Source: Euglena gracilis (taxonomy: Eukaryota). From it: a stretch of DNA of 64,000 nucleotides. The stretch spans positions 34,507,737 through 34,571,736 of the forward strand of contig CP154954.1 in NCBI GenBank assembly GCA_039621445.1, written 5' to 3'. Each line of letters opens with the position of its first letter. The first letter of the stretch is position 1. The notes beneath the pieces are model-generated. The model worked only from the letters and a program-made list of their open reading frames with translations. It ran no database searches and was not told the origin of the DNA. Positions 1 through 12,374 of the stretch are shown piece after piece. The position numbers and the translations under genes are program-made.

Positions 1-764
1 GAGGGGGTCCAACCACTAGGGGGGGGGGGATGGCTGCCGAACCTCCTTTGGTGAGACCCGAGATCACCAAGCCCGTCTCTCCGCTCGGGTAGGCACAGAG
101 TGTTGTCTGCTCGCAGACATTGAATATAAAGTGTTTAAAACAGAAACATTTGCACTTTTGATTAAAACACTGATATTTTTCGGGGCATAGTTTCCCTCCC
201 CTGCGTTAGTCAAGCGGACAGAGGGCCGGCTTCGATCGGCACCATCTGTCAGACGTGCGGGTTCGATCCCCTGATCGGACCAGCCACGGCATCGCGACGC
301 TGCCGGGCGTGGTTAGGAATGGCCGCTGTATGGCGGGAAATTCCGATGGTGGGCAAACAGATCGGTGGATCGTCCCACCGTGCCCAACGGGTGAGCGCCG
401 TAGCCATGTGTTACGGCGGTTGCCTGCCTTGCATCGTAGCATCAACCGGCTTCGGCCTTCAGCTCTACAAGGTAGACAACAGCACCCGTTGGATACAGTG
501 GTTCGAGACCCTGGTCGGGGATGGAGAACTTCAAGTGCCTCGTACCCCAGGGCTAATGCCCCCCGGCGGAGTGTAGCTCCACGGGCGAGAAAGAGAAATG
601 GAGATGTCCATTCTGGGCGAGGGCATAGTTTTAAACACATCGCGATTCGCGAAAATGGAGATGCCTAATATGTTGCTAAAAATTCATTTTGGTTGTCCCA
701 AAAAAAATTTTTGGCTCACCCTCCCCGGGAAAAAAATGTTCCTACACCTATGGCGCCCCCCCCC

Positions 765-1350
765 CCCGGAGGGGGCCGTAGGCCAACTAAGTTCACATAT
801 CGGGATTCCTTCGGGAGCGCGATTTGGCCCTCCTTTTTTTGCACACACAGGGTGATTTTGTTATTTTTGGCGGCGGGTCCGGGGGGGGGGGGGGCGGCAC
901 CCCCCGGACCCCCCCCTGTTCACTTCAGAACTGAATTGGACATGTTGACTTCCCGGAGGGGGGGGGGTCTAGTGTCGAAGGCGCCAATTTTTTTATTTGA
1001 AAAAGTGCCTTAATCGGTGTGCGCCCGTCGTTCCGGTTTTCGTTTTTTTCCCGAAGCGAACAAGTATGGCCAGGAACACAGAGGGGAGGAGGAGGCCCCC
1101 GGAGGAGGCCGTAGGCCGACTAAGTTCGCATATCGGGGTTCCTTCAGGAGCGCGATTTGGCCCTCCTTATTTTGCACTCACAAGGGGACTTTGTTATTTT
1201 GGGCGGGGGGGTCCGCTGAGGGGCTGCAGCCCCCCCCCCCCCCCCGGAGGAGGCCGTAGGCCGACTAAGTTCGCATATCGGGGTTCCTTCGGGGCCGCGA
1301 TTTTGCCCTCCTTATTTCGCACACACAAGGCGATTTTGTTATTTTGGGCA
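765..1350. repeat. Three copies of a ~100-145 bp repeat (CCCCGGAGGAGGCCGTAGGCCGACTAAGTTCGCATATCGGG...)
   Basis: Near-identical copies start at ~765, ~1097 and ~1243. Confidence 0.8.
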
Positions 1351-2004
1351 GGGGGGGTCCGCTGTGCGCACGGCGGCCGGAATTAGGATCAGGCAAAAAT
1401 TAATCTGGGTCGCGGAGTGAGTTTTTTCTGCCTCACAGCTGTGCGATCAGGCGTCTGGCAGGTTTTATAAAAGAGCGGTATTACCACCCCCCCCCCTTTA
1501 TTGTCCCCCCCCTTTATTGTCCCTGGGCCCCGGCCGATGGGGGGTTTTTTTGGCCCGGCCAATGAAATTCCTTTGGTACCCCTTTATTGTCCCCCCCCTT
1601 TATTGTCCGGTCGGGCCTCCCGGGGGCAGGTCGGTGGGACAATGAAGGGGGGGGGGGGGTGGTAATCCATTCGGTATTGCTACCGAGCGGTATTTTCATC
1701 CCCCCGGTATAATCGGTATTTTTTGCGCGAATCACGTGGACTTGAACACGGTTTTCACTACCGGTGTACATCATGGACTCTTAACACGGTTTCAACATTG
1801 TGTCGTGTTCTGATCCCGCTTTTGTACCAGGAAAACCGGGGGCGCCTTCGGCACCCCCGGTTTTCCTGGTAAAAAAAGCGGGATCAGAACACGAAACATC
1901 TTTTAGAACAACACAAGGGATTCCCCCCCCCCAAACAACTCGGAAACACAAGGCATTTGCCCCCCAAAACGACTTGGAAACACAAGGGCGTCCTCGAGTA
2001 ATGA

Positions 2005-2770
2005 CCGCACTGGCCGTTCGGCTGCATCGAGTTGTGCAAATTTTCGACCTCTGTGATCTCCGCCAACACGTCCAGCGGGGTTGGCTTTTTTGGTTTGCCT
2101 TCGCTTTCCTCGGCGTTGAGAGGGCAGCGCCTCTTCCAGGCCGGAAATGGACACGGGCTGCAAAGATGTCTTCGCGCTTCGACGAGAGTTCTTGTTTTGG
2201 CTCTGACGCATCTGTCTTTTCCGCGTAACTCTGCATCGATCCCTGTCTTGCTTGCGGAGAAGAGCAGGCGCTGCGATGTCCTGTGCTTTTTGCGTGCAAT
2301 GTTCTTGGGGCGTGCAGGGCCTCCGTTTTCCCCCTGCCCGGTGCCGTGGCGCAGCCACACCTACACCTCCGTGTCAATAAGGAGGAGCGGAGCAGGAAGG
2401 CAGACAGCGTGATTTTGAATGTCTTGGAGTCGGTGAGGACGCATTCTGGCCAGGGCAGTAGGTCCGGGGGGCGGAGGTACGGCCCCTCACGCCGGCGGCG
2501 CGGTCGCTCTCCGCCGGGTGCGCGTGCTTGGCTGAGGTAGGCACTGGCCGTCCGGCCGCATCGAGCTGTGCAGAATGTTGGCCTTGGGGACCCCGGCCGG
2601 AGATTGCCCGGTCGGAAATGGGCAAAGGCTGCCGAGATGTCTTGGCGCTTCGACCAGGCGTCTTGTTTTCGCCGTGACGCCGCTGTGGGGCAGAGTAGGC
2701 ACTGCGATGTCCCGGGCTTTTTGCTTGGAGTTTCTTCTGGCAGAACGGCAGCGCGTCCGTTTTTCCCCTG
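2005..2770. repeat. Diverged direct duplication (~2005-2340 vs ~2541-2770)
   Basis: Shared blocks in the same order: GCACTGGCCGT.CGG..GCATCGAG.TGTGCA, CGGAAATGG, GATGTCTT..CGCTTCGAC and CTGCGATGTCC. Confidence 0.6.
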
Positions 2771-2965
2771 ACTCTGCCCAGTGAGGTGGCAAGGCTAGCC
2801 CCAGGCTGCGGCAAACGTTTTTGGCAGAGGGGGTGGCAGGACTATGCAATCTGTGGACACTACTTTTGCTCCCAATGTCTTTGATGCAATCTCCAGGGCC
2901 CACTGTGATGGATTTTCCCCGGAGTTTCGTTGGAATTGACATCCTCAGCAGTTGGGGGAATTTTT

Positions 2966-4895
2966 TTCACGGTGGGTAGCACAGCTTCACCCAACCGTGC
3001 CCCGGGCCCAGGGAAACGTCTCTTTTGGCCCTCGCCACAAGAGGAACCCCCTTGTGACTCCCTGTGCCGCCACAGGTCGCGGGTTGCTTACGCTATGGGT
3101 GTTATGTACAGAAGAGAGAAGAGTGCCGAGTAACTGTTAAGAGTGTGGAGGTTAGTGGTAAGAGGAAGATGAGCAAAGGTCACCTTCAATATAGGGGGTG
3201 TTGGGGTCGCGGGGCGGGTCGCGGGGGGGTCGCGGGGGGGAAATGGATTTCGCGGCAGGTCATGTGTGACTTGTGTGACGTCGTCCTATCCTCTAATTTT
3301 AGATCCCAATTAGGAATTTGCGTGCCATTTGGGTCTGAAAATAGGTCCAATTAGGAATTTGCGACCAATTTTTCGCGGTTTTGATTCCTAATTGAGTGGC
3401 AAATTCCTAATTAATGAAAACGGGATGGCGTGTTTGTGTCGGGATTTTGCTCTTCGTTGGGGGAAAGCACACCATTGCTCCCAGCATTGAGGGATCCATT
3501 TTTCTTTTAGGGGCTATAGCCGGCTTGCTGGGTCGCGCGTGCACTCTCTTCTCACCTTGTGGAGTCCAGGGCGGGCGGGTTACCCTTTGCGTGTGTGTTG
3601 CTTTTGCCGGCTCCACTCCCCTTTGTCGCCTCGTTGGGCGGATACCTTTCGCCTGGCGTGTAGGCTCTGATTTTTTTTGGCGGCTTCTTTTTTTTGTGGG
3701 GGGGGCGCCTTTTTTGGGGGGGAGGTGTTTCCGTGGTGAACCTCCGCGCTTTGTGGGTTGTCTTGGCCTTGGTCTTGATCGCTTTTTGGTGTGGTCTGCG
3801 GTGGGGGTTGGGGACTTACCATGGGTGGAGGGCCTCCACCCCTCCACCCACTCCTCCACGCGGTCCCTGGCGGATAGCTGCCGCGCCACGTGGCGCATGA
3901 GTGTCACCGATAGTGCTTCCTGCATTTCTTGCAGGGCCCTTGTCTTTGGCCATCCCCGCATGTCTGCGGTGGCCCTTTTGGTGACCTCAAACAGCACCGC
4001 CTTGGCAGAGGTCCCCAGGCCTCCCCATGTGCTCAGGCCGAAGGGTGAGAAGCCCCACCCCTTCGCCTGACACGGGGGGCCATCCGTCTGCACTTTCCTG
4101 GTTTCCACCTGGTTGCAATGCCTGCGGGCATTGTCCACCACCGGTGGGTGCTCTCCCAGCCCCGCGGGGTGGCTGCAGACGAAAGCAACTGCCACGTGTT
4201 GCCCCCGTGACCAGTTGATGAGGAGAACATCGGCTGGTCTTTTGTTCGCCAAACACTCTGCCTCCTTCTCCACCGCAATGTTGTACCGGGCACACATCGC
4301 CGCAAAAGCATCTCGGAATGCATTGTGCCGTTGGGTGTTTCCATTCTGCTCGCAGCAGACGAAGTGATCCCCGAAGGGATCAATGGACCCTCGACACAGT
4401 GGGCACCCCGGCAGCGTGACCCCTGAAGGGAGGATGGGCAGGCCAAGCCACCACCGCAGTAGCAGCCGGTATTGGGTGTCCGAGAAAGCTGTGTGCTGTG
4501 CCTTGCTGGGCAAAGTCCGCAGCCATCCCGTTGCCACCGGTCCCTTTTGGCAAGCCCGTCTCACCCGGTCCCTGGAAGAGCCGACCGCCACCGTTGGGTG
4601 GCGTGTTCTGGTGCTGCGGAGGAGAGTGGGGTGGTGCCTGCGAGCCAGCTGGCCACGGGATCCATGTTGGGGCCAAGCTGTTGCTGCAACCGTTGTAGCG
4701 TGTCTTGCATGTCCGGGGATGGGGTTGCCAACACCGAGGCTGGCACCTCCACTGCTTGGCTGCCGTGCATCCCCAGATTCAGCAAGGCCGCCATCCGTGC
4801 CGCGGGTTGCAACACTTCGGGGTCCGAGATTCCGAGTCCTCCTTGGCGGATGGGCAGGGAGACTTGATGATCATGACTTGATGACATTGAGGAAG
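2966..4895 (-). mobile_element. E0: 5'-truncated CRE-like non-LTR retrotransposon (end of RT, CCHC, RLE, 3' UTR)
   Basis: ORFs 4561-5037 (LPIRQGGLGI) and 3407-4591 (CPLC..DPFGDHFVCC..RHN..RPADVLL..FSPFGLSTWGGLG). Ends in 3' module B at 2966-3088. Confidence 0.85.
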
Positions 4896-5658
4896 TCCAC
4901 CGACCAGTGGCACAGCCTACTGGATTTGAGTGTTCAGGAGGAGCAAGGCTATATACAGAGCTGAAGTGTGGTGAGGTAAGGGCAAGGGCAAAGCCCAAGC
5001 GAAAGGGGATGAGGAGTGGCGGGTGTTTGGTGTGCATGCGCCGGGCCCTTCGGGGCTGTGGTACCCGGAGGCTGGTGTAAGGGTCATAGTCACCTTACGG
5101 GGTCAGGATCATGCGATCCGTGGCTCTTTCGGCCACCTGTAGCTGCCGTGCTACTACGCGGGCCAGCGTGATGGCCAAGTTCTCAGTCAATTCTTGAAAC
5201 CTTCGTTGTTTGGATGTTCCAGAGTACGAGTTGGTTGCGAGGCGGAGAACATCACGGAGGAGTTTGGAGGCTGCTGGCCCCGTGCACCCCCAGGGGTTAA
5301 AGGCTGCTCCAATGTACTCCCATTGGTGGCGGGCGCACCGATCTTCCGCTTGGGATCGTTTGTGCATTTCAGCATCCGGTAAAGTACGTTGAACTCGGGT
5401 TAAGTTCAGAGGCCATCGTGAGGGTGCCAGCGGGTGTTCGATGGTGATATCCACAGTAGGGTTGTGCCAATTAATCGGTTTGGGAAGTCGAACGATTAAT
5501 TGCGATTAATCGGGGGGTCCCAGACGATTAACGATTAATTGGTCCATGTGTGATACTTCCGCAAACCAACCCCAAAAAAATCAAAATCCACAAAAATAAC
5601 AACAAAAAATCGTAAGGGTGAGAGCCCTCGTCAACTAAAATTTTTACTTTACTTAAAA

Positions 5659-6128
5659 TGGCGAATAGCTCAGTGGTAGAGCATAGGGCTTACAACCCTA
5701 CAGTCCCGGGTTCAATCCCCGGTCGTCCCCCTTTTGGACATTTTCCCTTTTTTGAGAAGAGTGTGTTATTGTGTTTAAAAAAAAGTGTGAGACTTTAGCC
5801 ACCCAGAAGGCGAATAGCTCAGTGGTAGAGCATAGGGCTAATAACCGTATGGTCCCGGGTTCAATCCCGGTTCGCCCCCTTTTGGACCTTTTCCTTTTTT
5901 TTCAGAAGAGTCTGGTATTGTGTCAAAAAGGAATGTGTGGTCAGAAGGCGAATACCTTAGTGGTAGAGCATAAGGGTAACAACTCTACGGTCCCGGGTTC
6001 AATCCCCGGTCGCCCCCTTTTTGGACATTTTTCCTTTTTCAGAAGAGTTTGTTTTAGTGTTTAAAAGAAAATGTGTCGGAAATGTGAAATCCACCAAAAA
6101 GCGAATAGCTCAGTGGTGGAGTATAGGC
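5659..6128 (+). repeat. Tandem array of tRNA-derived units (~140-150 bp period, 3 full and 1 partial; anticodon positions TAC, AAT, AAC)
   Basis: GGCGAATAGCTCAGTGGTAGAGC...CCGGGTTCAATCCC at 5659-5730, 5808-5879, 5946-6016 and partial at ~6100, each followed by a shared T-rich spacer. Stems are imperfect, so these are probably pseudo-tRNAs. Confidence 0.8.
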
Positions 6129-7474
6129 AAAGGCCGTTTTTCAAAGGCCGAGCAAAGTCGGTTTTTCAGTGCTGGGAGTTTTGAGGGCAAATGTGATTTG
6201 CCGACCCCCCGGGGGGGGTGGTGATTGACAGTTCTCCGCAAAAAAAAAAGCGACTGACTTTGTGTGGACTGGACCCAGACACAGGAGGCAAAGCACTTGC
6301 ATTGGACAGCCAAATTCCTTCTGTTTCTATTGTGCTCATTGCTTTTTAGCTTTTTTCCGCCGAGGCATACATGGAATATCGTACAGTCGCAAAATGTTCA
6401 TGCGAACTGACATGAGGGCACGAATACTCTCCTCGGAGGTCGGAGGTCAGAATGAAGCAAACTTTGTGCAGAAAAGCTCTTTTGCAGGGTGTCGCCCAGA
6501 CCACTTGGAGCTCAGACCACTTGGAATTAAATTGCAAGCGATGGGGAGGTCCCCAGATGCATTTCTGAGCCCCCTCCCAAAAATCCTTCATGGTCCATGG
6601 TGCATTTTTTTTGCTTCGAAAATGTGGGTTGCCAACTTTTCGCAGGAGTCATGGCTCCCCCCCCCAGGACCCCCCAGGACCCCCCAGGACCCCTCCCCCC
6701 CAAGACCTCCCAGGACCCCCCCAGGACCCCCACAGGGGGGCAATACCCACACGACCACTGATCGTGGAGTTCCGGGCGCCTCCGGACCCCCCATTTGTCA
6801 GGAATAAGCGATAAGCGACACACTACTCCTTTCCACACACGCCTCTGAAGGGGCCATACTGAAAATTGCAATTGCAACTTTTGAGAGGAGCGGTGGAGCA
6901 GGGTGTGAAACGGTCTGATGAGCAGGGGGGGGGGCAAAAATTGGTGAAATTTTGGTTGCAGTTGCACCTCACATCAGTGTCATACCCTGGATACTTGTAA
7001 GGCGATGGATCGCCAATACTGGACAGGGTGTGGGCATTCTGTCGGAGGGGACAGAGCGCCAAGTCGAGCCACCCATTGGCCCCATTGCGCTCTCAAGGAG
7101 GGCAAAAATTCTCCTGTGTGGCCCATTTTTTTGAGCAAAGGGATGCAGAAGGTTGTCAACAACGAGGAAATTTTGGTGAGATCACAGGTTCACTCATTGC
7201 AGGGGGGGGGGGGTGAATCTCAATTGGAACAACAACTGTTTTGAACAAAAATGGCGAGGTTGGCGTTTATTATGAAAAAGTGAATGTGTGGGGGAAAAGG
7301 CACGTTTTTTCCCCGAAAAATGCAATGCCTTCGGAATCACTGAAACAACCCCAAAAACCAAAATAGTACACTTCATACCAAACATTCATCGTGATGGGGC
7401 GAAAACCAGGATAACCACTGGAAAACCAGGATAAGAACCTCTTTACCTTGTTTATGGGTTGTAATTGTACAGCA

Positions 7475-7546
7475 AGACGAGTGGCCAAGTGGTAGAGCGT
7501 GTGTTCTATGACCGTGTGGTCGTGGGTTCGATTCCTGCCTCGTCTT
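7475..7546 (+). pseudogene. tRNA-like pseudogene
   Basis: Acceptor AGACGAG/CTCGTCT, A box TGGCCAAGTGG and B box GGTTCGATTCC are present; the anticodon stem is mispaired. Confidence 0.6.
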
Positions 7547-7610
7547 TTAAAGTTCAACTTTTGTTGACAAAACCACCAACAAAAGTTGGATAAAATGGGT
7601 TACAAAACTT

Positions 7611-7682
7611 CATACATGGTGGGGATCGAACCCACGACCTCACGGCTGTGAAGTATGCGTTGTACCACTGAACTACATGCAT
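7611..7682 (-). pseudogene. tRNA-like pseudogene (CAC at anticodon position)
   Basis: Minus strand ATGCATG-TAGTTCAGTGGTA...GTGGGTTCGATCCCCAC-CATGTAT; the anticodon stem is mispaired. Confidence 0.6.
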
Positions 7683-8258
7683 TGTTACTTAACAGGAACA
7701 TTTTCCATAATAACCTTTATCTTGAACATTGGGATGTATGACATGGTGAGATGTTGTCTTGTTTCCGTTGACCTGTTTTTGTGGACCGATTAATCTCCCC
7801 CCACCGAACGATTCGATTAATCGGCGGCCACGGACGATTAGTCGATTAATCGATTAATCGAATCTACTCTATCCACAGCAAGGTGCTTCCATTTGTTCCA
7901 CCCCAGCAGGAGGAGATCAGCGTCGCGGGTGCCAGCCTCACAGCCCTGTTCTTTGCGCAGGGTGATGCCTGAGCGTTGGCAGAGGTCGAAGATGGCGTCG
8001 CGGATGCAGTTGTGTCTTTCGGTTATGCCATTCCTTCTGCAAGTAAGGAGGTGGTCTCCGAAGGGGTCGACCGCCTCACCACACAAGGGGCACAAGAGCA
8101 TGTCTGTTGTTGGGATGAGGGGTAAACCGGTCCAGAAGCGCAATAGCAGTCTGTATTCATCCGGTGCTAGGACAGTGTTCACGGACCTGGACGGCAGGAC
8201 AGTCATCCAATTCTGAAGGAAGGCAGAGGACTGACAGCGAAGTCTGGCGATGTCCCGA

Positions 8259-8699
8259 TAAGGTTGTTTCGATTGATCGATTTTTTGATTAATCGTTCGC
8301 CACCCCTTGATTAATCGTTCATTCGGCCAGGGGGTGATTAATCGAGATAATCGGTCTTCCCAAGGAAACCATTGAAAAAGCAGTTTTGGTTGACCATCTG
8401 AGAAGACCCAAATTTGAGCTGAATAAATAAATAAAAGTACTCTTGAAATCCTCTTAAAATGCTGCCGTACCCAAGAGGTTGCCATAACAAAAGCAAAGCT
8501 GTGCAGGGAACAGATCCTGAAAGGAAAAAAGCATTTTTAGGGAAAAACATTATTTTTCAAGGGAAATGAAGTGTTTGTTGGTCATCATAATGCTAGGAAC
8601 CCAAAGGGGGCATTAATCGTTCGGTAATCGTTCGCCACCCCCCGATTAATCGGCATTAATCGTTCGGTGCCGTCGATTAAGATTAATCGTCCAACCTTA
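8259..8699. mobile_element. 441-bp MITE, TIR TAAGGTTG/CAACCTTA, 7-bp TSD GTCCCGA
   Basis: TSD at 8252-8258 and 8700-8706; removing the insert restores the E0b sequence. Has subterminal CGATTAAT repeats like the 5457-7871 element. Confidence 0.85.
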
Positions 8700-8726
8700 G
8701 TCCCGAAGAGGTGCACCCTCCTCCAG

Positions 8727-10275
8727 GGGGGCGTTTGGCAGGACCAACCTAGCCGGCTGGCCGGACCAACCTAGCCGGCTGGCAGACAAACCTAGCCAGC
8801 CAACATGTCGGCCGTCCAGCCGTCCGTCCAGATGAAAGCCACTGTCGCCAGCCGCCCGGCCATCCAGACCAAACAACACGCACGCCGTGCGCAGTGACGG
8901 CCGGCTCAGGAATGAATGTGCGCACCGGAGGGGGACTAAGTTCGTTCTGCCCAAAGTACGCCTGGGTGGATGTGGGTGGATGGTGGATGTTGGTGGGTGG
9001 ATGAAATACGGCCCGCCCGTTGGCTTTAACCCGTAGGGGCAGAAAAAAGAGATAACGGCCAGAGGCACCCCTCGCCCAAAAAAACTTGTGGCCATTTGTT
9101 CGCCTCGTTGGGAAAACATCGCCAGCAAAAGTGGCCAAAAACATGGCCGCCCATCGGTCCAAAACTGGCCACACAACCCCTCCAGAACTGACCCATTTGC
9201 CAGACTCAAAAACCCCCCAATTTTTTAGCTTTTTTGAGCAAGAGAACTTGTTGCACAGAAAAAAAAAGAATGCAAGAAACAAAAAAAACAAGTTTCAGGA
9301 GAAAACGAGCATCTCAGGACAAAACGTTTCTGGTCAAAATCTGGCACCATCTGGCCCAAAACAAAAAAAACCCATAAACAACTGCTGAAGAAAAAGTCCG
9401 TTTTTTGGCAAAAAAAATTCCAGAGCTGTAATTTTTTTCGGTGGTTCAAGCCTTTAAAAAGGGAGAATGGGGGTTTTTGAGGTCGAGGAACCCAAACTTC
9501 AAGAACTAAAAACAAACACACAAGAACATGGACAACAGAAAAATCAAGGCCGCACAAACCAATTAAGGTGGAACCGTTGCTTGCCAAGGAACCTTCAAGC
9601 ATCTTGAACTTACTTCTCAGATGAAAAAAAGGCACACCTTTGATTGACTTCAGTTTCAGGTGCTCAAAACACTTGGTCATTCTCAAAACTTCTTTCCATT
9701 CAAATCCAATCTCAATGTCCTGTGAAAAATGAACCAAATGAGCATCATTTACTCAAACATGAACTAAATCCCTGTGGCTCCCATTCATCATCCAAAAGAT
9801 GAACAGTGAAATGTGCCAGATGTAGCATGAAAGATGTCACAGAAACGTCCAGAAAACGTTCACAGGATTTGTTGGAACACTGTCTTAAAAAGACATTTTG
9901 AAGACATGCCACAGACAAATGAAATGATGCTAATTCTTCAAAAGAAAAAAAGAAAGAAAATCTTCAAAAGACACTTCAAGATGGGCGTACCTGCTTCAAT
10001 GTTCAAAAAATCCTGCATGACTGCATTCCTTATCCTTCAAATAGCTTGTACCCGAAGTCAGAATAAAGATAAACCAGGAATTCCAAGAGGGAGAAACACT
10101 TTTCTGACAGACAATTAGGAAATACCGGGCGTGGTCGCCTGCGCTAGACCTTTCGCGATTTTGAGACCAACCTAGCCGTCCGTCCGTCCAGCCAAAGTGC
10201 ACCATGTCCAGCCGTCCGTCCAGGTGAAAGGAATTCTCTCTAGCCGTCCGTCCGTCCGTCCGTCCGCACGCCTCC
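8727..10275. mobile_element. Non-autonomous DNA transposon, PIF/Harbinger-like (GG termini, CAG TSD)
   Basis: Imperfect TIR GGGGGCGTTTGG / GGAGGCGTGCGG, subterminal ACCAACCTAGCCG and CCGTCCG repeats, CAG on both flanks. E0b resumes exactly after it. Confidence 0.65.
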
Positions 10276-12349
10276 CAGGGTTGCCACGCGAACAACGTGG
10301 AAACGTTCGGCCCACCACGATTGAGTGGAATGATCTGGGGTGGAAGAGGCCAAGGAGGAAGGGTTGGCGATCCAGGAGGCCAGTGGTTCGCTGTGCGGGC
10401 CCAAAGTATCAAGTTGCAGGGCAAGGTGATTTGGTTCCAATGTAAGGCAGACAGGGTGCCCCCACGATGTCACAGGCCGCGTGCCGGATGGAATCTGAGA
10501 TGATTTGCACACTCTGAGTACCGGAGCAGATATTCGTTTGACGCAGGAGGTGTGTCACGCGACAGCCGTCCAAGCAGTTGCGTAGCAGATAGTGTTGCAG
10601 TTGGGGGTCCGGCAGTTGTTGGAGGCGCAAGATGGTATCCTGGAATTTTTCAGATGCCTTGGCCCAGGTAATGTCAGAGAAGGTGCTGTCGCCGGGGTAG
10701 TCACAGGGTACCCCAAGGCACAGGATGCCTGTTCCCGGTCCCCATGGAGTGACTGGGAAGTTTTGTGCGAGGTGTTCGGGAGGGAAGATCTGAAGGACCG
10801 GGGGTTTTGGGGTGGCACAGGGGATACCTGGTCCCCACAAGGCCCTTTCTAGGGGTTGAGTCGGAGCCCGATGGAGCCGAGTGCCGTGGCCAAAGAAGCC
10901 GCAAAGGGCAAAACATCGACGGCAGGGCCGATGACAGTTCCGTCGTCCAAATACCATGCCTGCCACACCGTGTTAGGCAGGGTGGCCGAAGCCTGTTGCA
11001 GCGCCTGATGCAGACCCAAGGCAAAGGCAATGGGCCCACAGGTGTCCCCCTGATGGACGCCGGTCCTGCTGTGACAGATCACTTCGCCCTGGCAAAGTAG
11101 CGGGACGTCTTCCCCGTACGAGAAGCGGAGCCAATTGTAGAGGGACGGGCACAGGATCGATCAATGGTGTTGAAGGCATTGGATACATCGGCCTGAAAAA
11201 TGACCCAGTCACCATCCGTTGGCAAGGAGGATATGGCGGCCTGTATCGCAAGCCCCACTGTCTCCGCACCGTACCGAACTCCCACTCCCAATTGCATCGG
11301 GAACAGCTGAGATGTTTCTGTTTTGCATTGCGGATGTCGCAAAAGCATTTTTCCAATGAAACGGCGGAGACAATCCCCACGGCGATCGGGCGCAGCCCAC
11401 CGTCCTTTTTTGTGAGTGGGATCAGGTTGGATGTCCCAAAGATGATCGACGCATTTGTTGGTAGAGAGCCCTCCCAGGCCATCTGAGCCAGGGATCCCAA
11501 GGCTGTGTGTTGGGGGCCTGCGCCTGCCTCGCGGTCCAACAGGTCCCGAAGGTGTTGAGGACGCAGACCAGATGGGCCGGGGGCGCTGCCGCGGGGGAAA
11601 GAGGCCGCGGCTTCCTGCACAATTGAAGTCCAGTTGAAGTCAGAGGCTTGTGGAATGTTGCCTACCCCAGGCAGCGGCAAACTGGCGCGGACAGGAGCCC
11701 CCGGTGGATGGAGCGAAAGAAGTTTCTCCAGAACTACTGGGTCCCCGGAGGATGCTAGGGGCAGAGAGGTGAGGGCGTCCACGGCCTTGCCGAGAGCTCC
11801 TTCTTCAACCAGACCGCGTACCCGGTCCATCAGACCACGCGTCACAGAGTCCGAGGTAGAGTTAGAGGGATTCGCACGAGTGGAGGGACGCTTCCGCCGT
11901 CCGTCAGAACGAATGGGATCAAACAGGGCTCCAACCTCCCCTGCATGCCATTGGGAGAGTCTCTTCTCCAGGAGGCAATGTAACGTGCGTCGATGGAAAG
12001 ACGAGTTTTTGGGAGGGGCACCAAGAACCAGTTTCGGAAAAATGAACAGGCGGTGTAAGGATTCCCAGGTTTGTGAGCGGAGAAAGGTCTGAATAGCAGA
12101 TGCCAAGGCATCAGAGATCGCGTGACGACATGACAAGGGAATACGTCGGAGAGTGGGGCAGTTGGTGGAGAGAACCACCTGCAGATTAGGCTGCAGTTCT
12201 GGACACGGGTGGGAAAGGGGAGTGCCGTCCCCAACGGGCTGGTTCGATGAGGTGGGAAGGGGGGAGGAGGGGTGGGAGGAAGCATGGGTGGTCGAGACAT
12301 TGAGGGATCCATAACTGGAGACGCGACATTTTTCACGATCCCAGCTCAG

Positions 12350-12374
12350 CTTTCTGAGTGTCTATTTTTTTTCG
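12350..12374 (+). other. Euglenid spliced-leader exon sequence at the 5' end of E1
   Basis: CTTTCTGAGTGTCTATTTTTTTTCG matches the Euglena SL as I recall it. It is not followed by a GT donor; ATG follows after 18 nt. Confidence 0.9.

Larger units (their letters stand above)
5457..7871. mobile_element. Non-autonomous DNA transposon with TAGRGT termini, subterminal CGATTAAT repeats and a 7-bp TSD (TCCACAG)
   Basis: Interrupts the E0b RLE coding sequence. TCCACAG lies at 5450-5456 and 7872-7878; CGATTAAT motifs cluster at both ends. Confidence 0.75.
4896..12330 (-). mobile_element. E0b: 5'-truncated, frameshifted CRE-like retrotransposon (same family as E4), split by three nested DNA-transposon insertions
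   Basis: Fragments at 10276-12330 (GSAPGPSGLRP, DVSNAFN, QGD, WYLDD), 8700-8726, 7872-8258 and 5095-5456 are collinear with and closely similar to the 32580-35500 ORF. 3' module A at 4896-4927. Confidence 0.9.

Noticed and set aside
5659-7682. Functional tRNA genes
   Set aside because: Acceptor or anticodon stems are mispaired, and the units lie in repeats within a transposon.
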